This document shows, piece by piece, positions 9,180 through 17,098 of a stretch of 64,000 nucleotides of DNA (the stretch's first letter is position 1; every line of letters begins with the position of its first letter). The position numbers and the translations under genes are program-made. Under the pieces are notes generated by a model. The model ran no database searches and was not told the DNA's origin. It worked only from the letters and a program-made list of their open reading frames with translations. Origin of the DNA: Minisyncoccota bacterium (lineage in GTDB: Bacteria; Patescibacteriota; Minisyncoccia; Phycocordibacterales; UBA9973); the NCBI GenBank assembly GCA_041659785.1, contig JBAZXO010000001.1, forward strand, positions 86,941-150,940, written 5' to 3'.

Positions 9180-10163
9180 GTGATAGTGAAAAATATCGTA
9201 ACAATTGGCGGGGGTACGGGTAGTTATACTGTCCTCTCAGGACTCAAACATATCCCAGATGTTTCTTTGTCTGCGCTTGTTTCTATGGCTGATGATGGCG
9301 GATCTACGGGGGTACTGAGGGATGAGCTCGGTGTATTGCCGCCTGGAGACGTTCGGCAATGTTTGGTGGCACTTTCTGAACATACCGATATAGTACGAAA
9401 GCTTATGAATTATAGGTTTAATGAAGGAACTCTTAAAGGACACAATTTTGGAAATATTTTCCTTGCAGCTCTGGAGAAAGTAACTGGAAATTTTATTGAA
9501 GGTGTCGAAGTGGCATCAGGAATTCTGAAAGTAAATGGTGTCGTGATACCCATAACGAGCAATAAGGCAGAATTATCTATATTGCTTTCCAATGGAAAAT
9601 TAATTGAAGGAGAAAATGAAATCAATCATTCAAATTTACAAGATGTCGGCATTGATAAGATTTTTTATAAAGACAATGTAGAATTAAACGAACACGCGAA
9701 AGAGGCTCTGTTAAAAGCTGATTATGTTATTCTCGGCCCCGGGAATTATTATTGTTCCCTTGTTCCAAATTTGATTGTGAATGGTTTTAAAGAAGCTATT
9801 ATAGAAAGTAAAGCGAAAATTATTCTGCCTATTAACCTCACAAATAAATTAGGACATACTACAAACTTCAAAGTAAGTAACTATGTGAACGATGTAGAGA
9901 AATATCTCGGTAAATTAGTCGATGTTATTTTAGTTAATAATGAAGAGCCATCAGCCGAACAAGTAGAACGATATAAACTTTTAGAAGGTGATGGTGTGCT
10001 CATCGAAGATGACTTCAAGGACGACAGAGTCGTCAGAGCTCCCCTGCTCTCGCATGTATTTTTCGAAAGAGCAGCTGCTGATGTTATACCCAGCACTAAA
10101 GGATTCATCCGTCACGATTCTGAAAAATTAGCTAACCGTATAAAAGAAATAATAAATAAATGA
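9180..10163 (+). CDS. YvcK/CofD-family protein (UPF0052, gluconeogenesis factor-like)
   Basis: IVTIGGGTGSYTVLSGLK...MADDGGSTGVLRDELGVLPPGDVRQCLVAL is the family signature. Confidence 0.8.
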   Translation: MIVKNIVTIGGGTGSYTVLSGLKHIPDVSLSALVSMADDGGSTGVLRDELGVLPPGDVRQCLVALSEHTDIVRKLMNYRFNEGTLKGHNFGNIFLAALEKVTGNFIEGVEVASGILKVNGVVIPITSNKAELSILLSNGKLIEGENEINHSNLQDVGIDKIFYKDNVELNEHAKEALLKADYVILGPGNYYCSLVPNLIVNGFKEAIIESKAKIILPINLTNKLGHTTNFKVSNYVNDVEKYLGKLVDVILVNNEEPSAEQVERYKLLEGDGVLIEDDFKDDRVVRAPLLSHVFFERAAADVIPSTKGFIRHDSEKLANRIKEIINK

Positions 10164-10191
10164 AGTATGTTGAGGAATTTAGTTCGTAATT

Positions 10192-12060
10192 TTATACTAT
10201 TTGTGACACGCGTAGTGCGTTGATGATGACTATTAGGTCTATCACCTCTTGGATCAAGGCTCCTGCAAGTGGTGAGATGATCCCTACGCTTCCTAATATC
10301 ATTGCGCCTACGCTTAATCCAATACCGATAAAGATACCTTGCTTGGCTACATTGATGGTCTTTTGAGCTATGTGGTAAACATCATGGATACGATTGATGC
10401 CTTCGCCTAATATCACCATGTCGGCGCTCTCGCTCGAAGCTGTCTTCCCTTTTGAGCCTAAAGCAATGCCTACTTCTGCTTGAGCTAGTGCCGGAGCATC
10501 GTTGATACCATCACCCACCATGACACAAGGCCTGTCAGTAGCTGGTATTTCTTTAATTATTCGCAATTTGTCTTCTGGTAAACACTCTGAATGAACTTCT
10601 TTTATATTTAACGCTATCCCTATTCTATCTGCGACACTTTGCTTGTCGCCAGAGAGTAAAATAATTCTCTGAATGCCATCCTTGCGTAATTCATCGAAAA
10701 GTTCATGTGAATCACTACGAAGTTTGTCATCGAGAACAATATAACCCATCACACTTTTTTCATGTGCCAAGAAGACTACAGACTTCCCTTCATTTTTAAA
10801 TTCTTCTAAAGTTTTTTCAATGTCTCCTGGAAGATCCGCGATAAATTTCTTAACATAAGACAATTTTCCAAAGATATATTTTACACCATCCACATTTCCT
10901 TCCACTCCACCACCGAATTCTTCTTTAAAATCTGTAGGAAATGAAAGTTTTAATTTTCTTTTTTCTGCTTCATTTACCATGGCTTCTGCGAGTACATGAG
11001 CGGAGAGCTGGTCGAGTGATCCAGCGATACGTACGAGCTTGTCTTCATCTCCTTCATAAGAGAAAACTCTATCTATCTGTGGTGTGCCTATTGTTACTGT
11101 CCCTGTTTTATCAAAAACGAAGCTTCGCGCTTCGGCGAGCTTTTCTAATGCTCCACCATTCTTCACAATTATTCCATGTTTTGTTATCTTGCTCATGCCT
11201 GAAATTATTGCGATAGGAGTAGCTAATATGAGTGGGCATGGTGTGGCTACCACGAGTACTGCGAGCATCCGAACGATGTCATGTGTCAGAAACCATGTAC
11301 CTCCGGCAAATATGAATGTAGTAATAGTAAAATAAACACTGTATCGATCAGCGAGTCTTATCATTGGTGCACGACTTTGTTCTGCTTCTTGTACTAGTTT
11401 TACTATGTGTGCATAAGAGCTTTCACTTGCGAGCTTCGTCACTAGGAGCGTCATTGTACTGTTTTGATTTACTGTTCCAGAGTATACGAATGATCCTTCA
11501 CTTTTTTGTCCGGGGTTGCTCTCTCCAGACAGAGTTGATTCATCAACATAAGTATTTCCTTCTTCGACTATTCCATCGATAGGTATCACTTCTCCAGGTT
11601 TGACCATGACTTTTTGTCCTATTTGTACTTCTTCTATTGGGACATCTGTAATAGTTTTTCCATCAGTTAAATGAGCTTTGTTGGGTGCTCTCGAAAGTAA
11701 TAGAGATAAGTCTCGACGTGCTCGGAAGAATGCATAGCTCTCGAGTGCTTCTCCACCTGAGAGCATTAAAAGGATTATCAATCCGGCTAAATATTGACCG
11801 AAAAAGAATGTAGCAAATAATGCGACGCTCGCGATCAGGTCGACTCCTAGATTTTTTTTAATTATTTCTTTAATTAAGTTAAACCATATTTGTATTGAGC
11901 CGAAGAAAAGTACCCATTTTAATATTTCTTTCCCTAATTCATCTTTTCCATCTAAATATAAAAAAATATATAAAAGTATAGACAAAATACTCACGAAAGT
12001 TATCACAAGGGTAAGTATTTTTTCTTTTAAAACTGATTTTATAAAATTGTTAAAATTCAT
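10192..12060 (-). CDS. P1B-type heavy-metal translocating P-type ATPase, probably Cu, without N-terminal HMA domain
   Basis: DKTGTVT phosphorylation motif and GDGINDAPAL. The TM motif is TPCPLILATP (atypical CPx). It has 8 predicted TM helices and a neighbouring cupredoxin gene. Confidence 0.8.
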   Translation of the reverse strand: MNFNNFIKSVLKEKILTLVITFVSILSILLYIFLYLDGKDELGKEILKWVLFFGSIQIWFNLIKEIIKKNLGVDLIASVALFATFFFGQYLAGLIILLMLSGGEALESYAFFRARRDLSLLLSRAPNKAHLTDGKTITDVPIEEVQIGQKVMVKPGEVIPIDGIVEEGNTYVDESTLSGESNPGQKSEGSFVYSGTVNQNSTMTLLVTKLASESSYAHIVKLVQEAEQSRAPMIRLADRYSVYFTITTFIFAGGTWFLTHDIVRMLAVLVVATPCPLILATPIAIISGMSKITKHGIIVKNGGALEKLAEARSFVFDKTGTVTIGTPQIDRVFSYEGDEDKLVRIAGSLDQLSAHVLAEAMVNEAEKRKLKLSFPTDFKEEFGGGVEGNVDGVKYIFGKLSYVKKFIADLPGDIEKTLEEFKNEGKSVVFLAHEKSVMGYIVLDDKLRSDSHELFDELRKDGIQRIILLSGDKQSVADRIGIALNIKEVHSECLPEDKLRIIKEIPATDRPCVMVGDGINDAPALAQAEVGIALGSKGKTASSESADMVILGEGINRIHDVYHIAQKTINVAKQGIFIGIGLSVGAMILGSVGIISPLAGALIQEVIDLIVIINALRVSQIV

Positions 12061-12064
12061 ATTT

Positions 12065-13153
12065 TTATTTTACCATATTGGACAGTACAGGCTCGGTATC
12101 AACAGGTAAAATATTGAATCGAAGGTGGCCGATAGTTTGGCCCAATTGTGTTTTGATATTTACTCGCCATTTCCCAGGAGATAAATCTAAACGCATTGAA
12201 TATGTTCGGAAGCCCCCATCTCGTCCACCGACGACAGGTAGACTGATCGTTCTTTCTGTCAGCCATTTACTTTGTGTCTCATCATAATGTTGCCATTCAT
12301 GAAGAATTGTAAGGTTAAGGTTTTTAGGAGAGAAAATAGCACTAAAAGCATACACAGGCTCTCCATAAACTTGCCTAAAGTCTGGATATAGATTGAAATA
12401 TCCTCTCCAGCCATAGTTTTCATAGGTTACGTCATAGTTCCCTTCTACATTTTTTTGTAGTGAGTGATACATGCCAGCATCTTTAAGAGAAAGAGGAATA
12501 GGTGGAATTAAATTTGTAAAATACAAAAAGTTAACTAATATAAAAATACCTAAAATCAAAAATACAATTAATTTTTTACTTTCAGTAAATTTATCTTTTA
12601 TAAAATGGAATAAAATTAAAAGAAATAGTGTAATAAAAATTAAGCTAATGAGTCCGGAAAGTAGAAATATTCCATCTCCAATTTTATGCAAGACTACAGG
12701 TATCAAGAAAATTGCAAATGAATAAACAGACAAGAAGAATAAACTTATTTGGAAACTTAGTCTGATGTAATGCCTCTTGAAGGATTCATTGGCAATAAAG
12801 GTGATGGCAAGCAAGGCAATGAATGGCCATGTCACCCAGATATCAGAACTTCTGAAATAAAATACTAAATAAGTAGAGAGAATTCCTCCAAAGAAAAATT
12901 GCAGTATGTTTACATACCAAAAATGTGCCTTTCCTGGGTCTTTCTCGCCACCTTCTTCATTTTCCCTCACGTGTATAAGTATGATAAAAATAGCAATGAT
13001 TATAAGGTGGCCTAAAATCCAAACATTTTCCCATAAAGTATCTACACGTTTTAAAGTAAAAATATCAAAAAGGAATCCGAAGACAAGGGATAAAGATGAA
13101 ATCGGACGTTCGAAACGTCCGTAAAAATTAGCAATAGGTTTCCAGAAAAACAT
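12065..13153 (-). CDS. polytopic membrane protein with C-terminal soluble domain
   Basis: 362-aa ORF with multiple TM helices followed by a roughly 150-aa hydrophilic domain. It sits between the cupredoxin and ATPase genes. Confidence 0.45.
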   Translation of the reverse strand: MFFWKPIANFYGRFERPISSLSLVFGFLFDIFTLKRVDTLWENVWILGHLIIIAIFIILIHVRENEEGGEKDPGKAHFWYVNILQFFFGGILSTYLVFYFRSSDIWVTWPFIALLAITFIANESFKRHYIRLSFQISLFFLSVYSFAIFLIPVVLHKIGDGIFLLSGLISLIFITLFLLILFHFIKDKFTESKKLIVFLILGIFILVNFLYFTNLIPPIPLSLKDAGMYHSLQKNVEGNYDVTYENYGWRGYFNLYPDFRQVYGEPVYAFSAIFSPKNLNLTILHEWQHYDETQSKWLTERTISLPVVGGRDGGFRTYSMRLDLSPGKWRVNIKTQLGQTIGHLRFNILPVDTEPVLSNMVK

Positions 13154-13184
13154 AATTTAACTATAACATTTTTCGTCGCTTCTA

Positions 13185-13574
13185 TTAGTTCGTTACTACT
13201 ACTGTACCCGTCATTGACGGATGGATACTGCAACGATAAGAATAAGTGCCGGCTTTAGTAAAATTGAAACTATAGGTTTGATTTTGCCCTAAGGGTGAGC
13301 TTTTAAGGTCTCCACCCGTTACAGTATGAGACATCGTATCTTTATTGGTCCAGACTATTTCTTCCCCTTTCTTCACAGTTATTGTGGGTGGAACGAATGC
13401 AAAGTTAGAGATACTGACATTATTAGTAACTTTATTTACAACGGGAGCTAGATTTGATTCTGGAGTGGTGGACTTAACTGTTGGAGTAGTGGTAACTGTA
13501 CCTTTCAATGCATAATATCCACCTCCGACGATAATCAAGATTACTATCAAACCGATAAATATATTTTTATTCAT
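13185..13574 (-). CDS. cupredoxin / plastocyanin-like blue copper protein, membrane anchored
   Basis: An N-terminal TM helix is followed by a cupredoxin fold signature: FAFVPPTITVKKGEEIVWTN...H...YSYRCSIHPSMTG, with type-1 Cu ligands H, C, H and M. Confidence 0.7.
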   Translation of the reverse strand: MNKNIFIGLIVILIIVGGGYYALKGTVTTTPTVKSTTPESNLAPVVNKVTNNVSISNFAFVPPTITVKKGEEIVWTNKDTMSHTVTGGDLKSSPLGQNQTYSFNFTKAGTYSYRCSIHPSMTGTVVVTN

Positions 13575-13647
13575 AAATTTTATTATAAGTTATTTGTAAT
13601 AATTTAATTATGTGCCAATAAAAAAGAAATGCAAATTTGGTACAAAT

Positions 13648-14052
13648 TTATTTAATTAAACGAACATGAATAGTCACAGTTCCAGATTGATTGGGCTTAT
13701 TAGAGTCACTTACGATTTCATCAAATATTGCTTCAATATGTTTATCTTCACCCGCGATAATAACCTTTTCACGCGGTTTGGGTACTCTATCATAAAATTT
13801 AACACCAGATATATCTAATTCGCCATTTATTTTTAGTATATCTAGCTGACGATTGCTTACTAATATATTTTGAGCACGGCTCAACCTTTCGTCTTTTATT
13901 CTTCTGTGCATTTCTTCAGCTAATTCTTTTCTCGCTTCAAGCATTTCATTCTTTTGTTTTTTATCAAAATTTCTATCAGGGGCAAATTCACTATCGGGGT
14001 CTGGTTTTTTATGATTTGGTTTTTTAGGTGGAAAGCTTCTCTCGATGCTCAT
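13648..14052 (-). CDS. hypothetical protein
   Basis: 134-aa ORF with a charged N-terminus. No motif recognised. Confidence 0.35.
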   Translation of the reverse strand: MSIERSFPPKKPNHKKPDPDSEFAPDRNFDKKQKNEMLEARKELAEEMHRRIKDERLSRAQNILVSNRQLDILKINGELDISGVKFYDRVPKPREKVIIAGEDKHIEAIFDEIVSDSNKPNQSGTVTIHVRLIK

Positions 14053-14072
14053 AGTTTTATGGTGTATTAAAG

Positions 14073-14366
14073 CTACTTAAGTAAAAGATATAAAATAAAG
14101 AAAAGAGCCACGAAACAAGCGAAGAAGCCTACGGTTTTACCGAAGAAGGCTACAGCTTCTTGTTTATGATTTTCGAAATAGAGATTTAATGGCTCATATA
14201 AAAACAAATATCCCATTACGAGGACAGACAATACGAGGAGCCCTAGCATCCCCATGGGTATCATTATAGTTTTCCCGGGTATATAGGAGCTTGTCGCGTT
14301 TACACCAAGAACGAGGATGGCTATATATAAGGCAGCTGCTAATGCATGTATAAATGGTTTTTTCAT
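14073..14366 (-). CDS. small membrane protein
   Basis: 97-aa ORF with three hydrophobic helices. Confidence 0.3.
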   Translation of the reverse strand: MKKPFIHALAAALYIAILVLGVNATSSYIPGKTIMIPMGMLGLLVLSVLVMGYLFLYEPLNLYFENHKQEAVAFFGKTVGFFACFVALFFILYLLLK

Positions 14367-14383
14367 TGTTTTATTATAGCAGA

Positions 14384-15085
14384 TTATTTAATTGATAAAT
14401 ACATCTTTCTTTTGTCATCCCTGAGCCTTTCTATGGAATACCTTAGTGTAGTTCTTGGCATATTTGTGATGTTTTCGTTTAAAAATTTTTCTAGAGTCGG
14501 CTCGGACTTTTTACCTACTTCACGCAACATCCATCCGACTGCTTTGTGGATGAGGTCGTGTTTATCAGGCAAAAGTATCCTCGCTAATTTTAGCGTATCT
14601 TTAAAATCATTGTTCCTGATAAAAGCAAAAGTAGAAATAATAGCAATTCTCCTGTCCCAGAGTGTCTTAGACTTTACAAGTTTATAAAGCACTGATCTAT
14701 CTTGCTTAAGTAAATAATCACCCAAGATGTAAGGTGCTGAAGTATCCACCAAGTCCCAATTATTTATATTCTTTTTATTTTTTAAATAAAATTTTACTAT
14801 TTCTCCTTTTTCCTTTTCTTTTGCATTTTCGTATTTAAAAACAAGAATCTCTAAAGCGACAAATCGATGTTCGTGCATGCCACTTACGAGAAGCTTCCTC
14901 ACATCATTCAAATTAAGGTTTATATATTTCTTGGCTACCACCCTCTGTGCTGAAACAGTAATCCCTAAAAATTTATCCCCCTCTGCATATTCGCCTTTAC
15001 CGGTTTTGAAAAATCTTTGGAGAATTTTTGCTTTGAGCGGGTTTGCAAGTAATTTTAATTCTTTTATAACGTCAACTGAGTTCAT
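14384..15085 (-). CDS. DNA alkylation repair protein, AlkD/AlkC-like HEAT-repeat glycosylase family
   Basis: HEAT-like repeat protein with WDLVDTSAPYILGDYL and AVGWMLREVGKK, typical of the DNA_alkylation family. Confidence 0.7.
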   Translation of the reverse strand: MNSVDVIKELKLLANPLKAKILQRFFKTGKGEYAEGDKFLGITVSAQRVVAKKYINLNLNDVRKLLVSGMHEHRFVALEILVFKYENAKEKEKGEIVKFYLKNKKNINNWDLVDTSAPYILGDYLLKQDRSVLYKLVKSKTLWDRRIAIISTFAFIRNNDFKDTLKLARILLPDKHDLIHKAVGWMLREVGKKSEPTLEKFLNENITNMPRTTLRYSIERLRDDKRKMYLSIK

Positions 15086-15090
15086 AATTT

Positions 15091-15408
15091 TTAATTAAAT
15101 TCAAACAGAACATCTCGAAAGTTTTCAATCCTGTTATTTTTATCAAGTTTAATTCCCTCTTTTTTGTATAAAACTAGCCTTGTCTTTGCATATTTATCAT
15201 TTAGCCACACCTTCCCATCTGCATATACTATACGATGAAATGGTATGTTCTTTTGCCCCGCCTCATAAGCTTTACCCAAGATGGCAGTGATGCTCTGCGA
15301 AGCCATAGGCCCTGCACCCGCTGCGCGAGCTATCCTGCCATATGTAGTGATTCTTCCTTTAGGAATCTCCAATGCTATTTCCACCACTCGTTCACTAAAA
15401 GTTTTCAT
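15091..15408 (-). CDS. alkyltransferase-like (Atl) protein: MGMT DNA-binding domain lacking the acceptor cysteine
   Basis: MGMT C-domain fold pattern (ITTYGRIA...) but the active-site PCHRV is replaced by PFHRIV. Confidence 0.6.
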   Translation of the reverse strand: MKTFSERVVEIALEIPKGRITTYGRIARAAGAGPMASQSITAILGKAYEAGQKNIPFHRIVYADGKVWLNDKYAKTRLVLYKKEGIKLDKNNRIENFRDVLFEFN

Positions 15409-15410
15409 AA

Positions 15411-15980
15411 CTATACTAAAATTTTAGCCCTTGCTTTTTTCCAATCCTCTTTTAGTAAACCGTATATATTTTGATCATGGAACTTACCGTTTGCCTTGCA
15501 CCTCTTAATTTTTCTTTGTATTCCTTCTAGTTTATACCCCATTTTCAATTGAGTGGCATTAGAAGCTTTGTTATTTGTCGCTACAGTAGAATTTAATCTT
15601 ATAAATTTGAGTTTATTAAACGCATAATCATTTAAAGCTATTTTTGCTTCAGTTATATACCCTTTTCTCCAATATTTTTTATTAATCCAGGACCCCGTTG
15701 TACCGTTTTGAGAATAGGTATCAATTTTATAAATACCAATAGCACCGATAACTTTCTTCTCAGATTTTAACTCAATAAAAAATTCTAGCTCGTTTTTGAT
15801 TTTTTGTTTCCAGCTTTTATTAATCTTTTTAATATATTCTTGTGCATCCTTTTTTGTATAAGGATAAGGTACAGTTGAAAGCATTTTTGAAACGTCATAT
15901 TCACCGGCCCCCTCCATGAGGTCCTTCCAGTCATCTTTTCGGGGTTCTCTGATGATTAATCTCTTGGTTTCTAATTGCAT
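15411..15980 (-). CDS. GNAT family N-acetyltransferase (RimJ/RimL-like)
   Basis: KRLIIREPRKDDWKDL start and acetyl-CoA binding region WINKKYWRKGYITEA. Confidence 0.7.
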   Translation of the reverse strand: MQLETKRLIIREPRKDDWKDLMEGAGEYDVSKMLSTVPYPYTKKDAQEYIKKINKSWKQKIKNELEFFIELKSEKKVIGAIGIYKIDTYSQNGTTGSWINKKYWRKGYITEAKIALNDYAFNKLKFIRLNSTVATNNKASNATQLKMGYKLEGIQRKIKRCKANGKFHDQNIYGLLKEDWKKARAKILV

Positions 15981-15992
15981 AATTTTATTATA

Positions 15993-16229
15993 TCAGATTA
16001 ATTCTAATTTTTCAGACCTTTTTAATCCTTTGATCTTAGCCTCTTCTTTTAAAGCGGTGGATCTGGTTTTAAATTTTTTTGAGTAAACTAACTTTACTGG
16101 TCGGCGACCAGAAGTATATTTCGCGCCTAATTTACTACTATTATGTTCAATGACTCTACGTTTCAAATCTGTAGTAATTCCAGTGTATAAAGTCTTATCA
16201 GCGCACTTGAGAATATATACGTAATACAT
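15993..16229 (-). CDS. GIY-YIG nuclease domain protein (UPF0213/YhbQ-like)
   Basis: MYYVYILKCADKTLYTGITTDLKRRVIEHN. The start was moved to the internal Met at 16229 so that it does not overlap ogt. Confidence 0.7.
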   Translation of the reverse strand: MYYVYILKCADKTLYTGITTDLKRRVIEHNSSKLGAKYTSGRRPVKLVYSKKFKTRSTALKEEAKIKGLKRSEKLELI

Positions 16230-16236
16230 TATTTTA

Positions 16237-16533
16237 TTATATAAAACTAACTCCTTCTTTGAGAAGCAATGCATGTTTAGTTTTGGTTCCGCCTTTTCCA
16301 GAATATCCACCGAGGGAACCATCGCTCCTGATAACTCTGTGACAAGGAATAGTTATAGGCATAGGATTAGCGCCGACAGCATTCGCCACCGCACGCACAG
16401 CCTTCGGCTTGCCGATCTTCTTCGCAAGTTCTTTGTATGTGAGAGTCTTCCCTTTTGGAATATCAAGCAATGCCTTCCAAACCTTTTTCTGGAATGCTGT
16501 ACCCTTTAGTTTTTCAATATCAGTTGAACGCAT
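16237..16533 (-). CDS. ogt: methylated-DNA--protein-cysteine methyltransferase (single-domain Ogt)
   Basis: [24 protein letters not shown]...[25 protein letters not shown] contains the PCHRV active site. Confidence 0.8.
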   Translation of the reverse strand: [98 protein letters not shown]

Positions 16534-16535
16534 TA

Positions 16536-16928
16536 TTATTCAGGCTTGTTGTATTGAGATAGACCAAGGATGTTCCCTTCGGAATCCTTAAACCAAGCGA
16601 GGAAGCCCATAGATCCGTTTTCCCCTAGTGGAGTTTTGCCTTTTACGACAAAACCGCCATTTTCAACAATTTTACTCAAAGCTAAGTCCATATCTGGAAC
16701 ATCAACATAAAACATTGGATACGGCATACTAGGGTCACGCTTACTAGAACCCCCGTTTATAAAACCATATTCAGTTGGCTGCATTTTCGCATCTACCGGC
16801 CCAGTCTGCCAGCTTGTATAACTAAATTGCTCCCACTCAAATGGCTTCCAATCAAAAACGTTCTGATAAAATTTCTTCGCTCGCTCCTTGTCATCCCAAG
16901 GAAATTCAAAATGTGTAACTTTGTTCAT
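16536..16928 (-). CDS. VOC / glyoxalase-bleomycin resistance family protein
   Basis: 130 aa with a VOC fold pattern (FEFPWDD...FYVDVPDMD...GFLAWFKDSEGN). Confidence 0.65.
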   Translation of the reverse strand: MNKVTHFEFPWDDKERAKKFYQNVFDWKPFEWEQFSYTSWQTGPVDAKMQPTEYGFINGGSSKRDPSMPYPMFYVDVPDMDLALSKIVENGGFVVKGKTPLGENGSMGFLAWFKDSEGNILGLSQYNKPE

Positions 16929-16997
16929 CCCGTTATTATACTAATAATATAGATTTTTTCAAAGATTTATGTTATAAATTATAGGCTTTTAAAGCAT

Positions 16998-17068
16998 TGG
17001 GAGATCGTCTAACGGTAGGACAGAGGCCTTTGAAGCCTTTAATCTAGGTTCGATTCCTAGTCTCCCAG
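16998..17068 (+). tRNA. tRNA-Gln (anticodon TTG)
   Basis: Manual fold: acceptor TGGGAGA/TCTCCCA, D-arm GTCT..GGAC, anticodon stem GAGGC/GCCTT with loop CTTTGAA, T-arm CTAGG TTCGATT CCTAG. Confidence 0.85.
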
Positions 17069-17098
17069 CAAGATTAAGTTTTTAGTACTCAAATATAA

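Noticed and set aside
3801-11582. Numerous 60-140 aa ORFs antisense to or out of frame with ctpA, PBP2, guaC, the yvcK-like gene and the P-type ATPase (for example 3801..4007, 5615..5895, 7590..8015, 8177..8901, 9237..10108, 10941..11582)
   Set aside because: Each is fully contained in a well-supported longer CDS on the other strand or frame, and none has a motif. They are typical shadow ORFs.
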